Below, piece after piece: positions 37,433 through 50,198 of a DNA stretch of 64,000 nt. Numbering within the stretch: the stretch's first letter is position 1; every line of letters starts with the position of its first letter. The position numbers were made by a program, and so were the translations under genes. The notes beneath the pieces are model-generated. The model was not told where the DNA came from and did not search any database. It saw only the letters and a list, made by a program, of their open reading frames with translations. The DNA is from Zootoca vivipara (lineage: Eukaryota), in NCBI RefSeq assembly GCF_963506605.1, contig NC_083288.1:42532001-42596000 (forward strand). The letters run 5' to 3'.

Positions 37433-39368
37433 TATTCCATCCCCTTTCCCTACATTCCAGATGCTCACAGCTCTTATGCCAGGCGCGTTGCAGGCGGAGA
37501 AATTCTGGGTTAATGCAAGTTAAAAAGGCTTGTTTATTTCTAAGGGCTCCGGCTCCTCCCTCTCAAGTGGCCCCGAAAGCCTCTTTATGCATAAACTCAA
37601 AGTGACTTCAGCATTTCTCTCCCGCAGAACATCACTCCTCCTTCCTTCCCCAACTCCACCAACTATGAGGCTGCACGGTTCCCCCTTCCCTTGCCACCCA
37701 ATTTTCTTGAGAATAAGGTGGACCTCCTTATCTACTTCATTCATATGCCAGAAGGTTGCTATCAGAGTTTTGCACAGAGCTGGCCTGTTGTGACTCTGAT
37801 GGGTTTTTTTTAAAATAAATAAAAACCCTCACTGTTTCCCTAAAAACTGATGCACCTCTCGTCTCTCCCCCCCCCCCCAATCCCTGAGCCTTGTTGGTCT
37901 TCGGTGGGGACTTGTTAGTCTGGGGCTGATGGGGCAAATCTCTCTATTTCTATTGGAACCCCAAACTTTGCCTAGGAATGTGTTAAGAGGGCATATTAAC
38001 AATCTATAAATGGAACACACAAAGCTCTAATGCAGGGAAATGGGTAGCTTCAGATTATGACCAAGAGGAGGCATAAGTTCAACTCGCCACTCAGTCACGC
38101 AACACTCTGGTTGAACTTGGGCCAGCCAGGTTCCCTCAGCCGGGCCAACTCTGCAGAGTCATGGCAAAAGAGCGGGGTGACTCCACCATTCTCCCACCTG
38201 CAATGATTTTATCATGAAATAGGGAATAACTGTGTGTGGCAGCAACTGCCCTGTTCTTGATGTTGTCGCCTGCTGGGCTCTAGGTTCTGATCTGGGCCAG
38301 GGAATTATATTTTTGAGGAGAAAAGGTTCTTTATCGAGGCGAATCAGCCATAACCGCCACTGACGTTGGTCGCAGCTTTAAAAACTTGTGATCAAGTTTG
38401 CTTTCTCCCTCCAACTGCTTTTTTCCTCATGTGTTTTGAGACTGTGAGGCTCAGGGCAGGGACCACCTGAAAGCTGATTTTTATAAGCTGCTCTATGAGC
38501 CTCTTTTGGCTAAAGGTCATGGGAAGCAGGTTTCTTGTGCAAGAGCTCCAAACTGCACCACCTGCATTTGCAAAATCGGGTGCTCCCTAACAAGAGGGCA
38601 CGTGTTGCGGTGGGACCTGGCAACCGGACCCTGTGTTGTGGGTGGGCACGTTTGGATAGCAACAACACTCTATTGGTGGTCCCTCGATCTTGGGTGTAAT
38701 TGGGCCAGAGGGACGCCAGTCAAAGCGATCGAGGGACCTCTATTTAAGCCGATGCCCGTGTCCCTGAGCTTCCTCTTTTGGCTGATTGGCTGGTGCCACT
38801 TGGGTTTCGCTTGCCGCGTAGCAAATCGCCACAGCTTGTAAGGTTGCGGATAGGCTCTGGTTCAGGTGGATAGGGGTGGCAGGATGCCTAGCCATCCCTA
38901 TGCATTGGGTATTCCTCTAAAAGGAATCCATGGACTTCCCTGTGAGGCGTTGTTCCCTGAGCCTGAGCCTAGGAGACATCTGGGTGGAGGCCTAGCAGAC
39001 CCCCCTACTTGCTGTCTGTCCCAGGTGTTCACCCGAGGCTGACTTATGGTTGGTGCCCAGGGTCAGCGCTGCCTGCAAGGGTGCAGGGGGCTAGTCGAAC
39101 CAGAGCCTATGCAACCACTCACTTGATTGTAATCAATAAAGTTGTGGCCTAAATTCTGCCAAAAACCAAACCCAAAATTTGAGTCTTGTCTGAATTTATT
39201 TCTGGGGGTGGTTAAAAGTTCTCCACATGCTAAAACAAGAGTATGGAAGTTAACAGACAGATCCGGGATTGGAGCAAACAAATGAAATTTCACCTTCATT
39301 TGAATATTAGAATGTTTGCGACGCTTCCATGATGACATCACAGCACTTAACCAATGGCTAGTCCTGAG

Positions 39369-39891
39369 CCAAACCCTACGCCAAAGGATAAATGGACATA
39401 AATCTAACATCAGGAACCACAAGACAGAAAAACCAGTAGGAGAACACTTCAATCTCCCGGGACATTCTATACAAGATCTCAAAGCAGCTGTTTTATTACA
39501 GAAAAATTTCAGGAACAGACTGGAAAGAGAAGTTGCTGAATTGGAACTCATTACCAAGCTTAAAACCATGGAGCCACCTGGGATGAATAAAGACATTGGA
39601 TTCTTATCTCATTATACATGATCAAGCTTTCTTTAGCGCCTCAGCCCTTGCTTTGCCCCCCCCAGGACTAATTGCAGTCATCAGCAGTCGTTAACAGCCA
39701 TCTACAGGTTTACCACTCCCATCAGCCCATCACCCATTCCCATCACCCCCACCCCCCACCCTCTGAATATACATAAGGGTTTGGTGGATTCTGTTTCTAG
39801 TGTATCTGACGAAGTGTGCATGCACACGAAAGCTCATACCAAAATAAAAACTTAGTTGGTCTTTAAGGTGCTACTGAAGGAATTTTTTTAT
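39369..39891 (+). mobile_element. Penelope-like retroelement 3' fragment (GIY-YIG endonuclease C-terminus + pLTR)
   Basis: QTLRQRINGHKSNIRNHKTEKPVGEHFNLPGHSIQDL...REVAELELITKLKTMEPPGMNKD; 10-bp TSD TAGTCCTGAG at 39359-39368 and 39892-39901. Confidence 0.9.
39802..39839 (+). ncRNA. Minimal type I hammerhead ribozyme motif (Penelope pLTR)
   Basis: GTAT-CTGACGA-A-GTGTG-CATG-CACAC-GAAA-GCTC-ATAC: CUGANGA and GAAA cores, stem II hairpin, closing stem I. Confidence 0.7.
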
Positions 39892-39965
39892 TAGTCCTGA
39901 GAAATTATTTACAAACCATCTCTTAGGCTATTTTCTGGATTGGGAGCAATTTCCACCACCCCACA

Positions 39966-40778
39966 TTAACCTTCCCCGAGAGGTGGCAGGATTTCTTCAT
40001 CCTTTGGCTTGAAGTCCCCGCTCAGATTGATCCCAAATTTCTCACGGAGCACCACTGGGATCTCGGTGCTCTGCAGGAGGGTCTCTGTACTCTCCCCTCC
40101 CTTCTTGGAAATGAGACGCCAACCCATGTATGTGAGGCGCCCGCCATTTTCTTTCTGCAGGGAGCAGAAGGATTTGCAAGCGAATATAGAGCTGGGCGAA
40201 GTCTGGTGATACAGACACATGCCCGTGAAATCATCCAATTTCTTCTCCTCGAGGGTGAACCGATATAAGGGCCTCCCCTCCTTCCCGGAGACTTCTCGGC
40301 GTTCCAGCACCCAGACGCCCCCTTGGAGGCCCAGCCAAAAGATGCCACCTTCCTGGACTTGCTCCACAGAGGCCTTCAACTCCAATGGCTCCGTGAAACC
40401 TTCACCAAAGCCCACGTCGCAGAGCAGCTGCCGCCCACCCAGCTGCACCAAAATCACCATGTGGTCCAACGGGGGGCCATAGCGGCCGGTGAAACGGTTC
40501 CGGACGCGCCCGGCCACAGCTTTGGCCTCAAATCCCAATGCCTGCAGCAGCCACAGGAAGAGGCCATTCAGCTCAAAACAGAAGCCGCCCCGATGGTGCC
40601 GGACGATCTTGTTGTAGAGGGAGGGCACTTCCAGGACGATGGGCTCCCTGGAATGGATGCTGAGGCTCTCGAAGGGCACGGAGAGGAGGTGACACCGGTG
40701 GAGGCTGCGCAGGGTCTCCAGGGAAGGCTGAGTGGGGCCCTGGTACCCGATTCGTAGCAGGTAAGGTCCAATGTCCAT
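39966..40778 (-). CDS. Arylamine N-acetyltransferase (NAT family), 270 aa
   Basis: YLLRIGY, VPFESLSIH, RGGFCFELN (catalytic Cys), DHMVILV (His), CDVGFG (Asp), QTSPSSIF, SFCSLQ; single coding exon, acceptor AG at 40781-40780. Confidence 0.95.
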   Translation of the reverse strand: MDIGPYLLRIGYQGPTQPSLETLRSLHRCHLLSVPFESLSIHSREPIVLEVPSLYNKIVRHHRGGFCFELNGLFLWLLQALGFEAKAVAGRVRNRFTGRYGPPLDHMVILVQLGGRQLLCDVGFGEGFTEPLELKASVEQVQEGGIFWLGLQGGVWVLERREVSGKEGRPLYRFTLEEKKLDDFTGMCLYHQTSPSSIFACKSFCSLQKENGGRLTYMGWRLISKKGGESTETLLQSTEIPVVLREKFGINLSGDFKPKDEEILPPLGEG

Positions 40779-41708
40779 TCTGGACTAGACTCAGGAAGCA
40801 GATGAGGAGAATGAGGAAGTCGATCGGGATTCCTTTTCTTTCTGGACCTTTTCCAGACAGAGGGTTATATTGCCTTCCCTGCAACCTTCCACATGTGTAT
40901 TATGGTGGAGAGGCAAATGTGAGCAGAGCCAGAGATGGAAAGAGGCAGAATGTATTTGGCTGGCTGGTTTCTGCACACACTCCTCTATCTAGCATGCAAG
41001 AAAGAGGTATTAAGCAGAGTTCAAGGGCACATTCCAGCTAGGTTAAAACTCGGGAGGATCCTCACCCCTGAGCTGCCATGAATGGATCTTCCGATTCTTC
41101 ACACACTGCTCCGAACCCCATTCCAAGCTCAGGGAACCCAGGAATCCTGGCTCTCACCACATTCCTGCTTGCCGGCCTGGTCTCAGCTCTACTTCTCTGG
41201 AAAAGCACCAGATTAGTGTCCGTATGCAAAAGCCAGCAGTTGTTTTGCTATGTGGAAAGGGAGAGAGAGAGAAAGTAAATGAGGGATATCACGTGACCAT
41301 GAATATACACCACACATTCACAAACACACCTCCCACTGGCTCCTGTTTCAGCTCTCTGGCAGGATCTTAACCCTTGCTAGCCCCTGTCCAATTAAATCCA
41401 CTTTAGGAATTAAATCAAAAGTATAGCATAGCCATGAAAGCGGTGGCTCTCTTTTTCTCTCTTTCTCCCTCCACTCTCCATTTAAAATATTCCCCCCTCA
41501 CTTTCCTGCATTCTTCTGTTTTTCAAGAGGCCCCTTCTGTTTCAGCCTTTAGACGAGTGTGGAATTAAATGCAGGCGATTAAGGAAACATACCTGAAAAT
41601 GATTTACAGATGGTATTTAACTCTGAATAGAATTGTTAAAATGTATAAGACTGAATCAGATAATTGCTGGAGATGAAACGAGTACATTCTGTCATATGTG
41701 GTGGACTT

Positions 41709-43153
41709 ATTTATTTATTTGAAAATAATGTTTATTAGTTTTCCAATACAAACAGCCAATTAGCATACAATCATATTCCAATGAAAAACAAACTAAAAAT
41801 AGGAGCCAAATTGTAATCCTAATTATTAATTTTTTTCAGACTCCCCATAGTCTGGACCTCCTGAAGAGCATTATCATGTCTCGTTCCTGCTTCTTCTTCT
41901 TGTTCTCCTATTTTCCAGATTCCGATTTTACCACTTTAAAGTTCTCCGTCCCTGGCGGTGCAATTCTCAATCATGTCCAAAGTCATATATCCTTACATCC
42001 ATCGAGTATAGCTTTATTTGTAAGTATGTATTTTTCCAACTGTCTTTTTACCAGCGCAGCTTTCCCTGACTTCATTCCACTTCCGATCCAGGCTGTTACC
42101 CAAATCCTCATTTAAGATTTAATGAGGCAGCACTCCCTTCCGGGCTGTTATCCAAATCTGTCGCTTGATGAAAGGCATGCTGTTTGCATCTTGTACTATA
42201 AGTAAACTGTATTCCACAGATGTAAATCATTTGACAATCGATTGGCTTTCGGAGACCACACATTCCCCCCTCCTGGGCCCTAGGTGGGGAGCTGCTAGAC
42301 ATCCATTTAGCCTTCTCTCTCGCACTTAATGAAGAAACTCTGCAAACAGCTGCTCTGCATGTTATCCCAAATTGTTGTCTCAAATCACTGCAAAACCAGC
42401 CAACAAGCATCTCTACTTCCTTCGAAACAGGGAGGAACTCGCATTTTTCTGTGCTGCGTCATTAACGAGTGCCATCTTGTTTCTTCATTTCTTTATCAAG
42501 TCTTTCAAGCCAATTAAAGCTGCGCAATTGAATATCCAATTATAAATAGTCCATCTGTACTTCTCAAAATAAATTAGGTATCTTAATGAGGCTTGGCAGA
42601 AAAACCAATTGTAAGTATTGTGAAGAAAAAAAATATTGTACAATACCTCCTTAATCCAAACACCATGATGAGAATCTCTTTGAAGTCCTAGCCTGGGACT
42701 GTACAAATCTGCAGGTTTTTTTCTCAGTCTTCTTCGGTCCAGACTATGTCTGTTTATTGTCCAAATCTGATTATTTTATCAAACAGATATTTCCAGCTAT
42801 GAGAATGGCTTCGAGGAGTGCCAGCCGTGTCGTGCTATGGGACTCAGTGTCCTTCATAGCTGCCAAGTTATCCCTTTTTTAAAGGGATTTTCCCTTATGC
42901 TGAATAGGCTTCCTCATGAGAAAAGGGAAAACTTGGCAGCTATGGTGTCCTTCCTCTTGAACAATGCAAGCTGGCAATCTCGGACAATCTGCGGGTCTAT
43001 GAGACAGTTCTCCCCCACCCTGGGGAGTCTGTCAGGGCTAATTACCCTCATATCGGCCCTGAATTACTGGCACGGCTGGGGTCCAATCATATGGGAGTCA
43101 GCCATTTCTCACTGCCGGAAACAGGAAGCCAGAATAGGTGATGAGAACTGCAT
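41709..43153 (-). mobile_element. Degenerate L1-like retroposed fragment bracketed by a 134-bp direct duplication
   Basis: (TTAT)n tail at the left end; flanks 41575-41708 and 43154-43555 are the same sequence. Confidence 0.55.
42855..42944. mobile_element. 90-bp hAT MITE (inverted relative to the other two copies)
   Basis: TIR CATAGCTGCCAAGTT, 8-bp TSD GTGTCCTT. Confidence 0.9.
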
Positions 43154-43221
43154 GCGATTAAGGAAACATACCTGAAAATGATTTACAGATGGTATTTAAC
43201 TCTGAGTAGACTTGTTAAAAT

Positions 43222-43475
43222 CCTGAAGCTGAGGGTCCAATACTTTGGCCATCTCATGAGAGGAGAAGACTCCCTGGAAAAGACCCTGATGCTGGGAAAG
43301 ATTGAGGGCACAAGGAGAAGGGGACGACAGAGGACAAGATGGTTGGACAGTGTTCTCGAAGCTACGAACATGAGTCTGACCAAACTGCGGGAGGCAGTGG
43401 AAGACAGGAGTGCCTGGTGTGCTCTGGTCCATGGGGTCACAAAGAATCAGACACGCCTAAACAACAACAACAACA
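43222..43475 (+). mobile_element. BovB 3' fragment, 5'-truncated
   Basis: Near-identical to the copy at 83-337; (CAA)n tail; 14-bp TSD AGACTTGTTAAAAT at 43208-43221 and 43476-43489. Confidence 0.92.
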
Positions 43476-43489
43476 AGACTTGTTAAAAT

Positions 43490-44160
43490 GTATAAGACTG
43501 AATCAGATAATTGCTGGAGATGCAACGAGTACATTCTGTCATATGTGGTGGACTTTGTAAAAGAGTATTGGGAAATAATTTATAATGAATAAAAAAAATG
43601 TTTAAAAGTACTTCCCCCCCAAACAAAACAAAACAAAACAAAACAAAAAAACAGAGTCCTTTTTGTTGGGGATATTTCAGATGGAAATTCCCAGGTGTCA
43701 AAAAATATATATTTATGTACGCCACTACTGCGGCCAGTGTTTTGTTAGCCCAAGAATGGAAAATGAGTGAGGTCCCAACTAAAGAAGAATGGCAAATTAA
43801 GCTGATGGAATATGCGCAGCTTGCAGACTTAACATGTAGAATAAGAGAACAAGAAGAAGTTTAGAGAAGGTTGGTTGGAAAATGTTTATTGAATATATGG
43901 GTGGAAATTGTGTACATTTGAAAACATTGGCAGCATTAAGATAAATTCAACAGTGTAAATAAGTTTTGATGGATGTAATAAACTGAACGGTTTAGTTTAT
44001 GTAAAATATGCAGGGATTTATGGTATGCAAAATGAACCAAGGAAAGAGAAGGGAAGTCATTGATATTTTAAGGTTGTTTAAATGAATGTTTTAAATTGCA
44101 AGGTAGAAAAACTTAATAAAAGATATATAAAAAGAAATATATATAAATATATATAAAAGA
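43490..44160 (+). mobile_element. L1-like LINE 3' fragment
   Basis: Peptide FMYATTAASVLLAQEWKMSEVPTKEEWQIKLMEYAQLA typical of reptile L1/Tx1 ORF2 C-termini; AATAAA and A-rich tail. Confidence 0.7.
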
Positions 44161-45587
44161 AAACATATTTCTATAATGCTTAATCGATGGTCTTCAATTT
44201 TAATTTTATGCGGTTTTTAAATTATACACAGTACATGCATTCCTATGCACAATTTACCACAATAGCTGCCATTTTGTACACAATACTTGGCTTCAGACCT
44301 GCACCTGTAAAATTTGGAGGCTTGAAAATTATGAAGGGTGGCTGTGTTTTGGTTTGCATATTGTTTCAGAAAGTGCAAATCAAATACTTTATTACGGCCA
44401 TAGGCCCACATTTAGATACCAACACAGAATAATATACACCATACAGCAGAATAAAATAGGATAAAAGAAAATTATAAATTTCATTTACAAAGTAGGAACA
44501 ACATAACACTTGGTCATCAGGTCACCAATATAAGTCAGAGACTTGGACGGAATGTCAATAATCATAAAGTAACCCATTTTTCCTCTTATAGGATAAAACT
44601 GCAATCAGATATCTGGCTACAAGGAGTGATCTGCTCGGATCTTGTATATTAACTGAGATTCTGGAGTCTCAACCAAAGTTTCTGATATTAAGGGGGATAA
44701 AAATCTGGTCCGAGGGACCATGTGCAATATATAATATATGATGAAGGGATTCTATGGTTCTGTTGTCACATGCACACGGAACTGAACTCTGACCTCTAGA
44801 AAACCTATTATTCATAACATTGGAAGGAAAGACATTAAATTCAGAAAGTGCAGATTTGGTAGGTTTGCCTTCAGTGTGAGCTGAATCAAAATTCTCCACT
44901 ATCCCAACTCACGGCTAATTAAGCTTCTTTGGCCATGGGGGCATCTAATCTTTGCCACAGTTGCATCATCTTTCAAATACGTTCTAAAAAGTACCGTTCC
45001 CAAATGACAAAGGCAGAATAAGTCTCACACACAGGGGGGTTTAAGTGCAATAATTGGTTGTTTATAATCCAGGTGGAAATAGGGGAATGGTCTTTGGGGG
45101 GCAAGATGATGGATCCCGCATGGAGCACAGCTAGAAAGTTTATTATCACACCGAGCTCTTAAATAGATGAGAGTAATACATAAAGGCAAGGAGCCACGGA
45201 AAGAAAGCATTTATTCTGTTGTAAATTCATGGGTCAACAATGGGCCAGTAGAATCCATGACTGGAAGCAGATGGTGGGTCTCCATCCCTTTAGAAGTCTT
45301 TAAGAACTCGTTGGAGAGATATCTCGAAAGAGCTTGAAGCTTAGCGAATCCTGGCAGTGCTCAGCGACATTCTCCAAGGTGCAAGGTGTGGTGGTCTCAG
45401 GTGGGCTTATCTGAACACAGAACTTGAATGAAATAAAACTGTGCAGTGACTGCCTCTAGATCCGTCTGATCACCTCTCTCTATTATATGTCTGTTTCTCT
45501 TCTACACTACCCTTCTCACAAAATGGTTAAAAGTAAAATTAGCTTTATGCCTAATGTCCAGGGCTGTGCAAACACTATACCTTAAAG

Positions 45588-45723
45588 CAGGCATCCCCAA
45601 ACTGCGGCCCTCCAGATGTTTTGGCCTACAACTCCCATGATCCCTAGCTAACAGGACCAGTGGTCAGGGATGATGGGAATTGTAGTCCAAAACATCTGGA
45701 GGGCCGAAGTTTGGGGGTGCCTG
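45588..45723. mobile_element. Palindromic hAT MITE
   Basis: CAGGCATCCCCAAACT...AGTTTGGGGGTGCCTG, TSD CCTTAAAG; related copy at 15854-15989. Confidence 0.8.
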
Positions 45724-46084
45724 CCTTAAAGAATTTTGGGCGCCGCAGTTTACACCTCGCAGAGCAACAATTCCATTAGCAGAATTCCGAGGGGGGGGGG
45801 AGATTGTGCTTCGTAGTCTAAGGCACCACCTTTGAGTTTCTGAGGATTCCAGCCCATCCTTCGTTAGAGCATTTCAAACTGTTGAGTCCATTGCATCTCC
45901 ATCATGGGTGGGAAGGCACACCTCACGCGTTTTTCTCTCTAGTGTGAGGGATGCAATTGTCTTGCAATGAACTGGGATGGATCTGAAGTGGCAGCTTTTC
46001 AAACTGTGTGCTGGAAGAACCCTCCAGTTCTTGAGAAGCTTTGCGAGGTGTGTGTGTCTATTAATGAGAACATCTGTGTCATGT

Positions 46085-46281
46085 TACAGGTAGGTAGCCG
46101 TGTTGGTCTGAGTCGAAGCAAAATAAAAAAATTCCTTCAGTAGCACCTTAAAGACCAACTAAGTTTTTATTTTGGTATGAGCTTTCGTGTGCATGTATCT
46201 GAAGAAGTGTGCATGCACACGAAAGCTCATACCAAAATAAAAACTTAGTTGGTCTTTAAGGTGCTACTGAAGGAATTTTTT
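46085..46281. mobile_element. Penelope pLTR inverted duplication with a hammerhead motif at 46195-46232
   Basis: About 70-bp perfect inverted arms; 13-bp TSD ATCTGTGTCATGT at 46072-46084 and 46282-46294; arm matches the pLTR at about 39819-39889. Confidence 0.85.
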
Positions 46282-47325
46282 ATCTGTGTCATGTGCATTC
46301 TTGGTTATACGCTCAGTTCGTGGGTGGAAAGAGGTAGCGGTGAAGCCCAAATGGGTTTGCTCAGTGTGCCTGGCATGAAGAGGGTGGGCACCTGAGAGCA
46401 GGCATTTCCAACCCTTTCAGACTCATTTTTACCCCCAACATGCACTTGGGAACAGATTTCTAAGTCATTTACCATATACCTGCATGGTGGTAATGCTCGA
46501 ACCACCACAGGGGATTGAACCCAGGAACCTAGCAGAGCTACAGCTCTTGGTCACATCAATGTCGGAAATACAAGTCAAAGTGGGAAGGATTCCCTGAAGG
46601 TCTCATTTCAAGCAACATCTGATGGGATTCTTACTGTGTGTAAAAAGTGGAGAGTGGAATCTTCTTGGGTCTAGCCCCCTCCTCCATACTGCTGCGCACC
46701 ACACCAGCCTCCCCCCCCCATATGTGTGGTTTGTGAGACTCGCGTGATCCCTTTACAATGGGATCCAGGAGGAACCAGGAACTGTAAACCAGGTCTTTAA
46801 CGTGTACCAGGAATCCACACTCAATCCAGACAGTTGCTATTGAAGCATCCTTTGGTTACTGCTCATGCCCTGCAAGTCTCACTATCCAAGGCAGGGTTAT
46901 ACAGGGAGGGAAACGCACAATACCTAAGGCAGGGAAAGCCAATATGGTGCATCCAGATATTATTGGACCACAGCTCCCACCATTCCTGACCACTGCCATG
47001 GTGGCTGGGGCTGATGGGAGTTGTAGTCTCAACAACATCTGGAGGGCATCACACTGGGTATCTCTGAGTTAAAGGATCACTGTAGAAGTTGTTCCCAGTT
47101 TGATTAAACATGCTCTTCGGCTCACCCCTCGGTCCCTGAGGAGCAAGAAGTTCCAGAGGTCCATTGCTTAGACCATTTCCTGTTAAAATAGATCACTGAA
47201 GGCTTATGGGATTGAGTAATGATTGTGTTTATTTACAGAGTGAACTTATTTACAGCTTGAACTGTCCAACAGCACATCCCAACTAGAGAAGCAGTCAGCA
47301 CTCCTAAATACATTTTCCAGAGGTT

Positions 47326-47666
47326 AAAGGTAAAGGGACCCCTGACCATTAGGTCCAGTCGTGACCGACTCTGGGGTTGCGCGCTCATCTCGCATTATTG
47401 GCCGAGGGAGCCGGCATACAGCTTCCAGGTCATGTGGCCAGCATGACTAAGCCGCTTCTGGCGAACCAGAGCAGCACACGGAAGTGCTGTTTACCTTCCC
47501 GCTGCAGCCTTACCTATTTATCTACTTGCACTTTGACGTGCTTTCGAACTGCTAGGTTGGCAGGAGCTGGGACCGAGCAACGGGAGCTCACCCCGTTGTG
47601 GGGATTCGAACCGCCGACCTTCTGATCTCCAAGCCCTAGACTCTGTGGTTTGACCCACAGCGCCAC
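47326..47666 (-). mobile_element. Sauria-type SINE
   Basis: Same body as other copies; CCAGAGGTTA duplication at the flanks. Confidence 0.88.
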
Positions 47667-47957
47667 CAGAGGTTACAGAGCCTTAAATGAATCTCTCACA
47701 GGCAGTGGCGGAGAGCAGGCGGGGGTGGGACTGGCGCATGTCCTGGGGGCGTGGCACGCATCCTGGGGGCTCCCCCCGCACTCCACTTCCTCTGCCAGTG
47801 CTCCCAGGTTGCTTCCATTTGCCCTGTTGAGCAATTGTTCTGATTTGTTTGCACAAAGTTTGCAGGGAGGTTAAATGGCTGCAGCTATTTATTGATGATG
47901 ATGATGATGATGATGATGATACTAATACTACTACTACTACTAATAATAATAATAATA

Positions 47958-48283
47958 ATAATTTATTTATACCCCGCCCATCTAGCTGGGTTTCCCCAGC
48001 TACTCTGGGCGGCTTACAATAGAAAAATGAAATAAAATAATCTATTAAATATTAAAAGCCTCCCTAAACAGGGCTGCCTTCAGATGTCTTCTAAAAATCT
48101 GGTAGCTGTTTTTTCTTTAACATCTGATGGGAGGGCATTCCACAGGGCGGGCGCCACCACCGAGAAGGCCCTCTGCCTGGTTCCCTGCAACTTGGCTTCT
48201 CGCAACGAGGGAACCGCCAGAAGGCCCTCGGTACTGGACCTCAGTGTCCGGGCAGAACGATGGGGGTGGAGACGCTCCTTCAG
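47958..48283 (-). mobile_element. L2-type LINE 3' fragment with (TAA)n tail
   Basis: LKERLHPHRSARTLRSSTEGLLAVPSLREAKLQGTRQRAFSVVAPALWNALP. Confidence 0.8.
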
Positions 48284-50198
48284 AATTGAGCATTCGTTCT
48301 GTCTTGTCTGTGGGAAGGTTGTACAATGTTGCACCAAGAAGCCACATGTTTCTCTCTTCACTTCCCTGTTTGCAAAAAGTCCGTTTTGCGGTGAAGCAGC
48401 TTTGTTGCACGGGTGATAAATCATCTTTAAGTGAGCAACCTGAATTTGCCAAAAACGGTAATGGCCTGGGAATGCCCTCGGTCTCACTTCCCCATTCAAA
48501 CAGCTGTTCCTTTAAAAAGAGAGAGAGAGAGACCTAGATTATGCCACCCTTTCAACTACGTCATAGTCGAAAGGGGACATATGCCTTTATGTCCCATTCA
48601 GGAGGACATATGCCTTAATGTCCTTAAAAGGGGGGCATATGCCTTTACTGTATATCCCATTCAGGGGACTTCAGGAAGTCCTTGCTATTGAGATCAATCA
48701 CCAGCATCTTCCCTAGCAACAGATGTACTTGGCAACATACTATTAACGAAGTTCCATCTGGCTGTGTTATGCCTCTTCTGTCCAGATGCCCAGTCCTAAA
48801 ACAATACCTTTTCCTCCCCAGTAGAGCTGAACTCTGGAAATGAGCATCAGGGGGTGGGGGCGGCAGGGGTGGGGAGAATACCCCACAGTCCTACAAATTT
48901 GCAGCATATCCTATGATGGGCACTGCTGGGCTAGCTCCCACGATGTCAACTAAACATTCACGGCTTCCTTGCTCTGGAGCAGTTCTGCAATTTAAAGGCA
49001 ACAAGCAATGAATGCTTTCTCCCGCTGCTCTGAATTAACATGGTAAGGAAGTTCAGTTGACTTTAACTGATTTGTTTGTCTGCCATAGAAGCTGCAAAAC
49101 CTTCATCATGGATGAAGAACCTTCCTTTATGGAGAAGGACCATGACTCCCTGTGAGAGCGTCTGCTTTGCATGCAGAAGGTCCCAGGCTCAATCCCACCT
49201 CTTTTGGGCAGGAGAGATGCTGCCAGTCACTGCAGGCAGCACTGAGTTAGATGGACCCAAACTCTGATTCAGTGTAACACAGCTTCCCATGTCCCTGTAA
49301 CTTCTGTTAACTATAAATGCCCATATTTTTTTTATCTCTGCTTGATTAAATGATCTGCCCTATTGGAACCACACATGGTCATGGATTTGGGGGTGGGAAC
49401 ATTGCTTTCTGAATTCTACACACATCATAAAAGACCTTACTTCCGATGCTGAGTGGTTTCTGTGGAATTTAAAATTTCACTGCAAGCCAACACTGCCTCC
49501 TGTGGGAGTGAGTTCCGTAGTTTAACTAAGGGCTGGTCCACACTTACCCCTGGGAAAGCATGCTGTTTACCACTGTCAAGTGGGTTTTGCTCCAGACTGA
49601 TGTTTGCTCCAATTTAGCGCTAAATGGTGGGTTTCCCATGGGAAAGCATGGGACAAATGAAAAAATCACTAAGGACAAACAGAAGTGTAGATGAGCTCTA
49701 TTGCAATGCACAAAGAAGTACTTTTATCTGTCCTGGATCTTCCAACATTCAGCTTCCTTGGATGTCCACAAGATCTAGAGTTATGAGAGATGGAGAAAAA
49801 CTTTTCTATACCCACTTCCTCCATGCCATGTATAATTTTCAGCGCATTTCTTCTTCACTTTCCTAATCACAAAAAGTCTATTTTTATTTTGTAAAGTAGA
49901 TTTTAGAGCAACAACATTTTCCGGTATGTGTTTGAATCCCTTTTGCAAAACTCTGACACTCTGGAGGTGACCCAAGTATTTGATATCCAACAGGCACCCT
50001 ACTTTGTGGGTGTCATTTTTCTTGTCCTTTAACAGCACACCTGGGGTCCTGCCATGGAGGAAGGCTGCCCTCAAAGCTGGTGGAATGTGGAGGGGCACAA
50101 TCAACCGAATACAACACAAATATACCAGCCAATCCTGTCCAGTTATGGCATCTGGGAACTTGTTTATTAACCCTCCCTGTTCCTCTTTTCTCTGCAGG

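Noticed and set aside
39966-40778. Recent horizontal transfer or bacterial contamination for the NAT gene
   Set aside because: Has a splice acceptor at the ATG, a vertebrate-type C-terminal tail and is embedded among lizard repeats; vertebrate NAT coding regions are normally intronless
49980-50198. Long N-terminal extensions of the OR ORFs (also 57290-57418)
   Set aside because: Start at non-ATG codons and run through intronic pyrimidine tracts upstream of splice acceptors
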